From: a virus
IMG/VR virus record: IMGVR_UViG_3300008216_000009
Span: 1-64,000 of that record
Strand: one strand, 5' to 3'
DNA length: 64,000 nt
Position 1 is the first letter of the stretch. Each line of letters opens with the position of its first letter. Positions 1 to 9,701 of this stretch are shown one piece after another. The notes under the pieces are model-generated. The model was not told where the DNA came from. It worked only from the letters and a program-made list of their open reading frames with translations, and made no database searches. A program made the position numbers and the translations under genes.

Positions 1-337
1 CCCTCTTATGTATACATAAGAGGGGTGGAGTTATAGTGCTAGTAAATCAGGGCTAAATTTGACAGTGAGCAGGATTGGTATAGTGCTAGTAAAGTCTTTA
101 TGAATGATATTCTGTGCAAATCTCTTGCTCCGTATATCATTCATAAAGACACCCTGGGTTTCGGCCTGGGTTACCATATCGTTAGAGCCACTAGAATGGC
201 CCCCGGCTGGGGATGAAGGTCCTGGACCCATGAGCAGGACCCTGAACCCGTAAGGGAAAGATGTAGATCCCGGGCGGCCAGGTACGGGAATAGGAAAAGC
301 CCCCTAAAGGGGGCTTTTCAAGTTTATGAATCAATTA

Positions 338-435
338 CGGAGCAGGGAACGGGATAATATTGTGAGTCCCTGGTGAGAGTTTCACAGTGCACACCGTCGC
401 ACCCTTTCGTATATACACCTCTACGCCCTGCTCCG
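338..435. ncRNA. Candidate structured RNA (long hairpin with central bubble)
   Basis: 10-bp closing stem CGGAGCAGGG/CCCTGCTCCG with an inner GGTG/CACC stem, lying between two terminator hairpins; no ORF. Confidence 0.4.
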
Positions 436-456
436 GGATAAACCCCCGTAGGGGGT

Positions 457-912
457 TTACTCTACTGTCACCTCTATGATCCGAGGCTTGGTAGCCACAT
501 CCTCTGGGAAGGTTATGGATAGGATTCCAAGTTCAAGTGTCGCCTTCGGGTCCTCGGAGACATCCGCCCCACCTGGGATAGATACGGCGTATTGCTGTTT
601 GACCACTTCCTTGTTCTCATCGACCTCGATACTGTATTCCTTGACCACTACTCCCAGGGTACGGCCCACGGGGTCAACCCTGACCTCTATGTCCTCTTTC
701 TTAGTCCCAGGGACTTCTAGAGACAGAGTGTATCCATCAGTGTCATGGAAGAAGCCGGGAGTGTCCAGCATGGAAGCCCACCTGGCATTGCCCAATCGGC
801 TTATGAATGACTGAGGAATATTCCTATAGTCATCAGAGAGGAAGGCATTGTAAATCTTTTGTCTCGATAGGTTCTTCACTTTGTTCACCTTAACTACTGC
901 GTTATATACCAA
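457..912 (-). CDS. Small heat-shock protein (Hsp20/alpha-crystallin domain)
   Basis: YTLSLEVPGTKKEDIEV...KATLELGILSITFP matches the Hsp20 signature; followed by hairpin 440-458. Confidence 0.85.
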   Translation of the reverse strand: MVYNAVVKVNKVKNLSRQKIYNAFLSDDYRNIPQSFISRLGNARWASMLDTPGFFHDTDGYTLSLEVPGTKKEDIEVRVDPVGRTLGVVVKEYSIEVDENKEVVKQQYAVSIPGGADVSEDPKATLELGILSITFPEDVATKPRIIEVTVE

Positions 913-928
913 TCTATTTTCTCCTTAG

Positions 929-1069
929 TTAGACTTTATTAGGTTTTACATTTACCCATGTCGTTTGGTTGTCCTTCGAGTTCTGTTTCAGAATGACAAA
1001 CAGGGTCGTCCATACGCCTGTACAAATCCCAAAGGTTCCAATAATCAATAGAACCTCGGCTATGCTCAT
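929..1069 (-). CDS. Small membrane protein
   Basis: ATG overlaps the upstream stop, GGAGG RBS, one hydrophobic helix. Confidence 0.6.
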   Translation of the reverse strand: MSIAEVLLIIGTFGICTGVWTTLFVILKQNSKDNQTTWVNVKPNKV

Positions 1070-1500
1070 ACTCCTGACCTCCCTTCTAAGCCCTCTGTCT
1101 GCTCCGTAGAGCCGTTTTTTTGTATCCAAGCACCCTTGGTATCCAAAACTACTATTGGAGCCGATTTAACGACCTTCTCTGTTTCGACCTCATAGAAGTG
1201 GTCGGCACGGTAAGGGTTGTACTTGACCTGTACGTCGCACGGAGTCTCGAATGTCGTGAGGCTTGGCAGTGGTGCTATAACGCCTCGGACGAATGCATGG
1301 ACATTTTTTCGCTTCTCCGTCAGGACTCGCTTCCTACCACCAGGCTGAACTACGAATGTGGCATCCTTCACCAGTACGTTGTCCGAGTGAGTTATCACTC
1401 GTCCAGTAGTCCTGCTCCGTATGCTCCATGTGTTCTTGTGGAGGTTCTTATATACGTCCACCCTCACAGCGGACATAGGCATGTCGGTAATATCATTCAT
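1066..1500 (-). CDS. Conserved phage hypothetical protein
   Basis: VYKNLH...WSIR...GRKRVL.EKRKNVHAFVRG motif typical of a widespread phage family; AGGAG RBS. Confidence 0.75.
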   Translation of the reverse strand: MNDITDMPMSAVRVDVYKNLHKNTWSIRSRTTGRVITHSDNVLVKDATFVVQPGGRKRVLTEKRKNVHAFVRGVIAPLPSLTTFETPCDVQVKYNPYRADHFYEVETEKVVKSAPIVVLDTKGAWIQKNGSTEQTEGLEGRSGV

Positions 1501-1603
1501 AAACCATTAACTCCTTTTTGAATCATAACCATAAGCATAAAAATAGGACTTACACTAACCGCTGTACTCAAACCCTTGCAAAGGACGGTTAGATGCCTAT
1601 TTT

Positions 1604-1792
1604 TTACGATGCCTTGGCTAGGCGTTTGATATCCGCCTTGTCCACCTTGCTTGTCCACAAGGCGACCCCTTTATGATCAACGAGGGATACCTCATACCAA
1701 CTATGCTGTTTAACACCGACTGCGATGTTGTACTGCTCGTTATCCTCAAATATCAATGTTGAATTCTTCTCTGCTGGTATCGTAATCTTCAA
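1604..1792 (-). CDS. Hypothetical protein
   Basis: TTG start after GAAGGAG RBS, downstream of promoter 1832-1860. Confidence 0.6.
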   Translation of the reverse strand: MKITIPAEKNSTLIFEDNEQYNIAVGVKQHSWYEVSLVDHKGVALWTSKVDKADIKRLAKAS

Positions 1793-2091
1793 GTCGTACT
1801 CCTTCTCTGTATCTCTATTTGAACTATCTACAGTATATAGGAAGACGACACACTTGTCAAGCACGTCTACACCGATACATGTGATACGAGCTAACTCAAG
1901 TTTACTGCTATGGATATTTCAAGTCAAGGATTTGTCTGGGTCCTGTCACCTGGGTCGAGGTCCCGGGGCGGACGTGGACCTCGAAGCTCACGTAAGGGAA
2001 AGATGTTGTGGGACCTGGGAGGGATCCCGGGCAATAAAAAACCCGGAACCATAAAGATTCCGGGTTTCATTGGACCTGGGCTAGGGGCTAG

Positions 2092-2289
2092 TTAATCGTC
2101 ATCTGCCGGGTCGTCATCACTTGAGATGTTGTCCAGGGTGATTCCATCATTTGAATGGACGCTAACCCTTCCGTCATCGCTAACTGGAGCAAGGTACTGT
2201 TGAATCAGTTCCTCTGCTACAGCATAGGACTCAGCCTCTATCTCAAGGTCTACTTGCATGGATACGTCTGCTCTGTACGTGTAAGCCAT
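2092..2289 (-). CDS. Small acidic hypothetical protein (EIEAES motif)
   Basis: Coupled ORF; resembles 19365-19598. Confidence 0.65.
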   Translation of the reverse strand: MAYTYRADVSMQVDLEIEAESYAVAEELIQQYLAPVSDDGRVSVHSNDGITLDNISSDDDPADDD

Positions 2290-2750
2290 TACTTTATCCT
2301 TTCGTTGAGTATGTCGATCTTGTCGCCGTGTGATTTGAGTAGGTAAGACTTCACGGTGTCGTCGTACTTTCGCTTCATTACGTGGTACTCACCGTCCTCA
2401 TAGACTTCGTCTGGAATACGAAAGAGTGTCTGAGTCTTGCATTTTCGCTTTAGGTCACGCTGCTCTTGGACATCGTCCACTAGCTCACCTATGTACGAAT
2501 CCAAGTCATGGTTAAGTTGTTTGTTTTCATACGACCAAGTGTGTGTTGCTGCTTCAGTTTCCATTTTCTGAAGTAAGTCCCTGTTCCAGCGACCATCCTT
2601 GTCTCGAACATCTACATCATTAGCACCACCATGACCATTGTTCTTGGCCTCTCCGACCTTTTTGCCATCAATGTAGACTGAGGCATTGAAGGCAATAGTC
2701 TCTTCGGATAGACCTGCGTAAATCTTGACGTTCTTTAGAGTGATGTCCAT
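2289..2750 (-). CDS. Conserved phage hypothetical protein
   Basis: SEET.AF.A.VYIDGK.VG.A.N.GHGG motif; translationally coupled. Confidence 0.75.
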   Translation of the reverse strand: MDITLKNVKIYAGLSEETIAFNASVYIDGKKVGEAKNNGHGGANDVDVRDKDGRWNRDLLQKMETEAATHTWSYENKQLNHDLDSYIGELVDDVQEQRDLKRKCKTQTLFRIPDEVYEDGEYHVMKRKYDDTVKSYLLKSHGDKIDILNERIK

Positions 2751-3169
2751 TATGCTGTCACCTTTTCCTTTTCTCGGCTCTTCTCGAACATCTCGGCAAT
2801 TTGGATATTGCGGTTGATGTTCTCTACAGTAAACTTGTAGCTTTTACCTGTTCGGGTGTTATCGGCACTGACAGGATACTTCCGCCTTCTCAGGTTAAAG
2901 CCAGTGACTTTGAACTCCTCTCCGTTGGAGTTGAATACATGGCCCACATTGAACTTTGCCCCTATGTACTCGGCATCCCTGTTAGCGACCTTCTCCGCCA
3001 TAGCAGGAACATCTACCTTGAACGAGAGGGTAGCGGTATGACCTGCGTACCTGCCAGTGGCATATGATGCCGTCAAGCCGTACTTGTTCAAGGTACGCTG
3101 GATCACTACTTCTAGTTCATCACTGAGTATCCTGCACTCTGCTTTACCTATACTTTTGATCTTAGCCAT
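2750..3169 (-). CDS. Hypothetical protein
   Basis: Coupled ORF with GAGGTG RBS. Confidence 0.7.
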   Translation of the reverse strand: MAKIKSIGKAECRILSDELEVVIQRTLNKYGLTASYATGRYAGHTATLSFKVDVPAMAEKVANRDAEYIGAKFNVGHVFNSNGEEFKVTGFNLRRRKYPVSADNTRTGKSYKFTVENINRNIQIAEMFEKSREKEKVTA

Positions 3170-3372
3170 TAGTTCACCTCACGGTTGTATTCTAATATGT
3201 CGTTGCGTAACTCTTGCATTGTTGGCATACCCTCTCCACCACCTGACCACGTTTCATTTATTAGGTCAGTTAGTTTGGTCAAGGCATCGGGATATTTATT
3301 GCCGTCACTAGCATGGTCAACTAACCACTTCTCGACTGCGACCTCAGATACTTGAATTGCGATTGTACTCAT
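3169..3372 (-). CDS. Hypothetical protein
   Basis: Coupled ORF with GAGGTG RBS. Confidence 0.65.
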   Translation of the reverse strand: MSTIAIQVSEVAVEKWLVDHASDGNKYPDALTKLTDLINETWSGGGEGMPTMQELRNDILEYNREVN

Positions 3373-3476
3373 TTAGTTCACCTCTTCCTCGCATGAGGGA
3401 CACGGACTATCAGTGGTATCTAAAAAATACTCCCCATGATCTTCGCATTCTCCGATTCCTATTCCTTTATTAGCCA

Positions 3477-3692
3477 TTAGTTCACCTCTATCTTGGACGG
3501 CTCTAGAATCTCCACAGGGAAGTTAAAGAGTTCATCCTTTAGGTACTGCATATCTGCTATGTCGCCACTCTCTCTGTGGACACCTTCCACCTTGCTCAAC
3601 TCTTTGATGCCGTAGTGCAAGGCACGGGCCATCATCAGCTTCCCTCGTGTACTCGATAAGAACCTTACAGCGTCTTCGGTTTCAATTGCCAT
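3477..3692 (-). CDS. Hypothetical protein
   Basis: ATG after AGGAG, downstream of promoter 3718-3746. Confidence 0.65.
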   Translation of the reverse strand: MAIETEDAVRFLSSTRGKLMMARALHYGIKELSKVEGVHRESGDIADMQYLKDELFNFPVEILEPSKIEVN

Positions 3693-3735
3693 AACCACTC
3701 CTTTTCTATTTGTTAGTATTATACCACCAGTTAGA

Positions 3736-3945
3736 TTATTTGACAAGCACATTAGTTGGATAGGCTTCTACTTCATCTGCATCAAGGTCATATGGTCTTA
3801 CTTCACAAACCTCGCAAATGTTTGAGTCATAAGCATTAGCCCTGCGCCCATAATTTAGGTCATTAGCAATCAGGTAGGTGCAGACTACGCACTCCCTCAC
3901 TTCGTATTGTTCCCTTACCGCATCAGTTACCATTTGTATCCACAT
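3736..3945 (-). CDS. Small CxxC-pair protein
   Basis: Two CxxC motifs; coupled ORF. Confidence 0.55.
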   Translation of the reverse strand: MWIQMVTDAVREQYEVRECVVCTYLIANDLNYGRRANAYDSNICEVCEVRPYDLDADEVEAYPTNVLVK

Positions 3946-4193
3946 TAGGCTCCCCTTGCTTTTTTCTGCTCTGGAGTCTCACGCTCTTTGCATGATTTCA
4001 AGTCCTCGCAGAACGCTATCAGCATCCCTATGTCAGTAGGCTCCAAGTCAAAAACTCGCTTGTAGGCTCTGTCCCCCAACATACCGCTTGCTCGTGCTGC
4101 CAGCATGGCGAATCGTACATCGGGATGTATTGGGATGGAAATCTTCTCTCCGGTGTCCAACCTCTCTTGTAGCGTCTTTGTGTCTGTACTCAT
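3945..4193 (-). CDS. Hypothetical protein
   Basis: ATG after AAGGAG, downstream of promoter 4222-4250. Confidence 0.65.
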   Translation of the reverse strand: MSTDTKTLQERLDTGEKISIPIHPDVRFAMLAARASGMLGDRAYKRVFDLEPTDIGMLIAFCEDLKSCKERETPEQKKARGA

Positions 4194-4416
4194 TGACTCT
4201 CCTTCTCTATTTGATATCTTAATTATATATGATAACACGCAACGTGTCAAGCACCACCCTGGATTTTCCTGGATCCGGTCCGCACTCGCAGCAGTGGACC
4301 AGGTCCCCCGGGGAGACGTAAGGGAAAGATGTCCGGGCTACCCAGGTCCGCACGAGACAAAAAAAATCCCCCGGAAACTCCCAGGGGATTTTACTTGAAT
4401 AGAATTGATGTTTACA

Positions 4417-5211
4417 TCAATCTATCTTGCGTTCGATGGCAGCGTTGGCTTTTCGATGTGCTCCATGAGTAGACAAACCTATAACCATGTTACGTTCCTT
4501 GAGTAGATTCAAGTCGGCGCATTTCATGCACATCGCACACGTTACAGCTTTATTGAAGTTGTTAGGGCATGGCAGCACTTTGACAGAATCACGATCATGA
4601 ACCTTGCGAGACATATGCTTTTCATACGTCCACTCGCATGCATAGCCTAGTGCCCTAGCACGAGCTATTTGTTCGGCGGATTCGCAACTTGCCAGAACAT
4701 TAGCACCATTCCAAGCTGATTCTGGTACTGGAATAGGCTCGTTCCAAGCATGAGTATAAGTATAAGCTTGAGAACCATTAGGTGAACGAGATTCATAACG
4801 ATTCATAGCGTCGCCTATGATACCAGCAGCAATGCTATTACTAGCATCTCCAACTACATGTACTCGCAGTTTGCGATCAGCGGGCAATTCGTCAATTTTG
4901 CGAGCTTCGATCTCAGCGAATTGAATCTGGATGTGCATCCGAGTTTCGATGTCGTCCACATCTCCGAATATCTCAGGGTAGAACGGGCACGACGTAGGAC
5001 ACGTTAGTTGTGGTGCATAGGTGGCGTTCATCACGCCGACCTTGCCATTGGCAGAATCGATTACAGTCGTTACGGCAGTCTCATCGACTTCGACAAGTGC
5101 CCGCTGATTGATGCGATTCGTGGTGTGTTGAACCATGCCAAAATTGGTATAGCATCCGTTGTTAGTCAACACCTGACCAATCCAGTTGGTAGCCTTTTCT
5201 TTAGTAGTCAA
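4417..5211 (-). CDS. Cys-rich phage protein, GP88-like putative metal/Fe-S binder
   Basis: S.NGK.G..ATY..TCP.SCP, RVHVVGD, YTYTH, CP...TCxxCxxC and THG motifs; sole gene of its module. Confidence 0.6.
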   Translation of the reverse strand: MTTKEKATNWIGQVLTNNGCYTNFGMVQHTTNRINQRALVEVDETAVTTVIDSANGKVGVMNATYAPQLTCPTSCPFYPEIFGDVDDIETRMHIQIQFAEIEARKIDELPADRKLRVHVVGDASNSIAAGIIGDAMNRYESRSPNGSQAYTYTHAWNEPIPVPESAWNGANVLASCESAEQIARARALGYACEWTYEKHMSRKVHDRDSVKVLPCPNNFNKAVTCAMCMKCADLNLLKERNMVIGLSTHGAHRKANAAIERKID

Positions 5212-5391
5212 TTGAAATCCCCCTACTGATTTAATCTACCCTGTAAGTATACACTAAAATACGCAACCTGTCAAGCACAAGTTTGGCCTGGATATTATTT
5301 TACTCTGGGGAGGGGGTAAGGGAAAGATATAGAAGCGGCCCAGGATCCACAAGACAAAAAAATCCCCGGTCCATAAAGAACCGGGGAGTTT

Positions 5392-5474
5392 GGCTTCATG
5401 ACTTACAACGTCTTATGGTGTACGTCACATAGAGTAGGTGATGTGTTGGCTACTCACGGCATTTGCATGAAGCC
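5392..5474 (-). ncRNA. Candidate three-way-junction RNA in module trailer
   Basis: Perfect 9-bp stem GGCTTCATG/CATGAAGCC enclosing GAGTAG/CTACTC and GACGT/ACGTT hairpins. Confidence 0.4.
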
Positions 5475-5478
5475 TCGT

Positions 5479-5676
5479 TCATAGACCAATCCCAGGGTAG
5501 TTCATGTTACCCTTTTTGACCTCGGCCCGTTCTGTTTTAACAGCTTCGTAATAGTTCGGGTTTGTTCGTTCCTCATCATCACACTTTGGGCATATCAAGT
5601 CAGTGTTGAAGAAACTCATTGTGTGGACATAAGATGCTATTCCGCACTTGTGGCAGTTACCGTTCCAATCACGCAT
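5479..5676 (-). CDS. Small zinc-finger protein
   Basis: CxxC...MSFFNTDLICxxC. Confidence 0.7.
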   Translation of the reverse strand: MRDWNGNCHKCGIASYVHTMSFFNTDLICPKCDDEERTNPNYYEAVKTERAEVKKGNMNYPGIGL

Positions 5677-5929
5677 TAGTTATGGACTCCCTTGCTTGTT
5701 CTAGATTTAGTGTACATAGCCACGCATCTCCCATAGCTTGACGTTGTTCATCATCACTTAGTTTGCTGAACACTTCGTGGAGATGGCGTTTGGCATGATT
5801 GATTTCATCATTGGCCCTTGAGCTATCTCCGAGGGAGATAAGCTCTTGTGCGTCCGATAGAGTCGTGAACGCTTGCCAGAGTTCCCCTGCCATTGTTTGG
5901 TCGATTGCGGTCATGCCTGGAATCTCCAT
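5669..5929 (-). CDS. Hypothetical protein
   Basis: Coupled ORF with RBS. Confidence 0.65.
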   Translation of the reverse strand: MEIPGMTAIDQTMAGELWQAFTTLSDAQELISLGDSSRANDEINHAKRHLHEVFSKLSDDEQRQAMGDAWLCTLNLEQARESITNA

Positions 5930-6168
5930 TAGTTGCTCTCCCTAGATATTGTTGGTGGTGTAACGCTATGATTTGTTGTTGACAAGAACATGGCTAGACA
6001 TGCACTACACTGTTGGCCCCTATCGGTATTTATTAGGTTGGTAACCTCGTCCTCGGTGTCAGCTATGACATAGCCTATGCCCATTTCATCACCACAAGTG
6101 GCACACTCCATAACGTCATCGTCTTGATCCGACCTGTACTGCCAGATGCTGTAAGAAAATATGTTCAT
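5929..6168 (-). CDS. Small CxxC-pair protein
   Basis: ATG overlaps the upstream TGA; two CxxC motifs. Confidence 0.6.
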   Translation of the reverse strand: MNIFSYSIWQYRSDQDDDVMECATCGDEMGIGYVIADTEDEVTNLINTDRGQQCSACLAMFLSTTNHSVTPPTISRESN

Positions 6169-6389
6169 CAGTTGCTCCCGCATCCACAATCGCACTGGAT
6201 TCCAATAGAGGGTTCCTCTTTGGCAGTGCATAAGTGGTCATAAGCCATGTCGCCAGCAGTAACCATAAAGGCTACTTGTGCGTCCCAGCTATCGATTCCT
6301 TCATCGTAAGCAACTAGAGCACAATCGTCACAAATGTCGAGTTTCCTGTTCTTGTTGATCACGCAGTTGATTAGCCCTTGGGTGGTCAT
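6168..6389 (-). CDS. Small Cys-rich protein
   Basis: CxxC..HLC..CDCGC; downstream of promoter 6427-6455. Confidence 0.65.
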   Translation of the reverse strand: MTTQGLINCVINKNRKLDICDDCALVAYDEGIDSWDAQVAFMVTAGDMAYDHLCTAKEEPSIGIQCDCGCGSN

Positions 6390-6460
6390 CGTCCTTGCTC
6401 CCCCTTTTAATTTCCTAACTATTAGTATTATACCAAACTTAACGACAAGTGTCAAGCACC

Positions 6461-6610
6461 TCAAGCCGAAGTAGCTTGAGCACTTTTAATCACTCCAGCC
6501 TTTTCCAGTATGATACGTTGGAGTACCTTAGTTCCTACTCCACTCACTCGCATCCGCCTTCGGGCGTTCCGCTTGTTGTCTCGCCTGTCCCACTTATTGT
6601 TCTGGCCCAT
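6461..6610 (-). CDS. Small basic protein
   Basis: GGAGG RBS; promoter 6638-6666. Confidence 0.55.
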   Translation of the reverse strand: MGQNNKWDRRDNKRNARRRMRVSGVGTKVLQRIILEKAGVIKSAQATSA

Positions 6611-6913
6611 GTCGTTCCTCCAATTCGATATACTATAAGTATACAGGAAAACATGACATCTGTCAAGCACTTCGACCCGGCTCGACCCGGTTTATCTTAA
6701 ATGGATCCTGAAAGGACCACCTGGGAGGTAAGGGAAAGATGTCCTCCGGCGGAATGGACCTATTCCGGGCACAGAAAAGCCCCACCCAGGACGATGGCCC
6801 AGGTGGGGCGTTGGAGAGCCTTTTCAACTCTTGCTCAGGAGCCAGGAGGACTGACAGAGCAGTTTCATGTCACGGGAGTGACCAGCCCCCGACTCATGCT
6901 CAGGAGAGGGATA

Positions 6914-7321
6914 TTAGCTTATAGTCACCTTCACGTTGTTTTCCTTTACTGCCATCAGCTTGACGTACTCGGCAATGGACTTGTCCGCAAGAATGAGGCG
7001 GTGGTAGCGTTTCGGTACTGCCACCAGTACCTCTTTGAGTGTGACCAGCTTGCCGTTCGGGATGAAGTTCTCGGCCATGACTTTTGCCTTCATGCCGTTT
7101 CGTATGTATTCGCCACCGAGGTCTTTGACTTCGTCCAGCAGTGCCTCTTTAAGTACCTTCAAATCGGCATCTAGAGCCTTCTTAGCCTCTTGCATTGCGA
7201 CTACCTTGTCGAACACTTCATCGATGCTCTGAGGCTCTCTGGAGCGTACTGTAGTGGAATCCAGAGTTCCCGTGGTCACCTTGATTTGGGTCTTGCCGTT
7301 CTTGTTAGCCATTTCTGTCAT
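6914..7321 (-). CDS. Hypothetical coiled-coil protein
   Basis: AGGAG RBS, own promoter. Confidence 0.7.
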   Translation of the reverse strand: MTEMANKNGKTQIKVTTGTLDSTTVRSREPQSIDEVFDKVVAMQEAKKALDADLKVLKEALLDEVKDLGGEYIRNGMKAKVMAENFIPNGKLVTLKEVLVAVPKRYHRLILADKSIAEYVKLMAVKENNVKVTIS

Positions 7322-7391
7322 TTCTCCTTTTCTTGTTTTTACCTTCTAGAGATAGTATATCAGGTTACTGAACACCTGTCAAGCACATCCT

Positions 7392-7607
7392 TTATCCTAC
7401 TGGAACTGCCCCAGAGGCGTTCGGAGCGGCCTCTTTGAGTGCCTTCACTGATAGGACGAATTTTGCCAGGGTGTCCAGTTCCTCGGAGGATGCGTTCAGA
7501 ATCTTGTTGTAGCCTACTTTGCCGACTACGTCCCCAGCACGGACTCCCGTTACGAACGCCATCAGGTCTGGTTTCTCTATCCTCAGTTCAATCGCTTGTA
7601 GGGTCAT
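7392..7607 (-). CDS. Hypothetical protein
   Basis: AGGAGG RBS, own promoter. Confidence 0.65.
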   Translation of the reverse strand: MTLQAIELRIEKPDLMAFVTGVRAGDVVGKVGYNKILNASSEELDTLAKFVLSVKALKEAAPNASGAVPVG

Positions 7608-7830
7608 GTCGTCCTCCTTCTTTGGTTTACTCTCTAAGTATACTCCTATTCTTAACACCTGTCAAGCACATTCTGAGATGAATATCCTGGGTCTTGGACC
7701 CCGGTATTGCCCGGGAGGTAAGGAAAAGATGTCCCGGGTAAGAGATCCGGCTCCTGGGAACTGGGAATAAAAAAAGGGATGGGAAATCCCATCCCCCGTT
7801 CGGGGCACTTAAATTAAAATGGAGAGCGAG

Positions 7831-8271
7831 CTACTTCGTGTGTAGCAGAGAGAGGTAAATACGTGGAATATTCTCAATCAATAGATGTTCTACATCTGCC
7901 CGGAAATTCTCTAGGTTCTCTTTTTCTTCCTCATAATGTTCCAGGTTGTTCTTTTTCTTGATTTGTAGGGGTTTGCCATCCCTCATAGGGGTAATAAAAG
8001 TTTTATCAAACTGTTCATCCCATCTGTAAGAGGTGTAGCCATAGCGAGGAAGCTCTTCCGTTATCAGTTCTTGTACCAGGCTAATAGTGCTTTTCCACGC
8101 TTTCTCGTCTCTCCTGGTTTCGTAATGGAACTGACTAGGAACTAACTGCCAAAGTCTAGTTCCTAGAGATACTAATGTATTGTGGAATTCAATGATTACG
8201 GGTTTCAATATTGTCCTCCTGAACATATCGGTCAGTAATGCAGTAGGAGGGTACAGGGCTAGGTTGGTCAT
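7831..8271 (-). CDS. Hypothetical protein
   Basis: ATGA overlap with the upstream gene. Confidence 0.6.
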   Translation of the reverse strand: MTNLALYPPTALLTDMFRRTILKPVIIEFHNTLVSLGTRLWQLVPSQFHYETRRDEKAWKSTISLVQELITEELPRYGYTSYRWDEQFDKTFITPMRDGKPLQIKKKNNLEHYEEEKENLENFRADVEHLLIENIPRIYLSLLHTK

Positions 8272-8756
8272 GCTGCTACTCCATTTAGGGGGCACGTTTC
8301 CATAATCGCTGACATAGCTTCTGAGATGTTAGTCAAATCTATAGTCCTCATTAGGTTCCATGATTGGCCTTCATGTTTATAAACTATGAGGGTATCATCG
8401 GATTCATTAAAGACATAGGCCCATTCAATAAAGACATTGTCTTTGTCCTCTACTGAGTCTACGGTCCATTCCTCCTCGTTCCTGTCGCCGTGGCAGTAGC
8501 ACTGTGGTTTGTCCTTGTTAGGGGAGTTAAAGTCTTCTACGAATCCAATTTCCTGCGTCCAATCACAGGACGCTATGTTAGACCAGCCCGCAGTATGGTC
8601 GTCCAATAATACTTTTTTACCCTCAGTTAGTCCGAAGTGATTCAAAGCTCTTAGAATACCTATACCGACCCCGGACGGGTATCCGTCCCAGTGACTGTAC
8701 CTTCCTACAAACGCATCGCCTTCAGTCTGTCTTGCAATCGTAGCCCTGGTGCTCAT
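8268..8756 (-). CDS. Conserved phage protein (MSTR...YxHWDGYP family)
   Basis: MSTRATI...YSHWDGYPSGVG...EWAYVF motifs. Confidence 0.75.
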   Translation of the reverse strand: MSTRATIARQTEGDAFVGRYSHWDGYPSGVGIGILRALNHFGLTEGKKVLLDDHTAGWSNIASCDWTQEIGFVEDFNSPNKDKPQCYCHGDRNEEEWTVDSVEDKDNVFIEWAYVFNESDDTLIVYKHEGQSWNLMRTIDLTNISEAMSAIMETCPLNGVAA

Positions 8757-8976
8757 GTCTCCTCCTCTTATCAGTATACTAGTAGTATACCGTTAAGATA
8801 GGGGTATGTCAAGCACATATAGGGCCGTAAATGCTGGAACTGGTCCAGCGGGTGTGTAGTTTACGGGGATTGGTAAGGAAAAGATATAGCCGCCGGGGTC
8901 CTTTTCCGGGCAAAGAAAAACCCCGGAATCTTGATTTACCAGGATTCCGGGGCTTTATTTGTACCTAAGTTGCTCT

Positions 8977-9630
8977 TTATGCTATGAGCCACTCCCTTCT
9001 GTCAGTTGCTATGGGTCTGACTGAGCGAACAAAGCTGTAAGCGGTGTCCAAACCCATACTCTTGTTCCTGACCAAGTACCATACGGTAGCCAAGACTGAG
9101 CGTTCCATGCCCATCGAGCAGTTGACCACTACCTTTTTCTCAGTAGCCATCGCCATCTCCATCGTATTCACAATGGACTCCAAGGTCTGCAAGACCTTGC
9201 TGGACTTCTTGATGCCCCATGTAGCATTGCTAGGTTCGATAGGCATCTTGACCGTAGTCTCGATGTCCAACTCACCTGCTACATTGATGGTGAAGTGCCC
9301 TTGCTTGATAGCCTCTTCGGCTCCCTCGGCTCCAGTAACGCCCAAGTTGGGCAGTACCCACGAAATCTCATGTGGGTCGAAATTGTCTGGAACTTCGTGC
9401 CCGACCATACTCTTCAGAACCTTGATTCTATCTCTGGAATCGTTGGAGTAGTCGTGCCGGGTTGGAGTTACGTACTTCTCATCCTTCCACCATTGGGTGG
9501 TAGATGCAGTAGCTGAGTTATCTATCACGTTGACATCAATCTCTTCCCACTCGCCATCTACGGCTTCATCTGCATAGATTAAGCCATTCTCAGTCAGAAC
9601 TTCGTTCGCATCCCATTTTCCGTTTTCCAC
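8977..9630 (-). CDS. Dual-specificity/protein-tyrosine phosphatase family protein
   Basis: CX5R loop VVVNCSMGMERS; C-terminal AYSFVRSVRP; paralog of 26731-27267. Confidence 0.8.
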   Translation of the reverse strand: MENGKWDANEVLTENGLIYADEAVDGEWEEIDVNVIDNSATASTTQWWKDEKYVTPTRHDYSNDSRDRIKVLKSMVGHEVPDNFDPHEISWVLPNLGVTGAEGAEEAIKQGHFTINVAGELDIETTVKMPIEPSNATWGIKKSSKVLQTLESIVNTMEMAMATEKKVVVNCSMGMERSVLATVWYLVRNKSMGLDTAYSFVRSVRPIATDRREWLIA

Positions 9631-9701
9631 AGTCCTTCTCCTTTTCAGTTATACTATAATTATAGCATACAATCATACACTTGTCAAGCACCATCATAAC
9701 A

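Noticed and set aside
6725-6741. GAGGTAAG resembles a spliceosomal 5' splice site or a Shine-Dalgarno plus ATG (GGAAAAGATG)
   Set aside because: The context is prokaryotic. The + strand ORFs starting at the box ATG are short, unrelated and antisense to real genes, and several copies lack the ATG.
6839-6895. Hammerhead ribozyme (GAAAC...GUC and a CUG)
   Set aside because: The core reads CUGGUCA, not CUGANGA, and there is no properly placed stem II.
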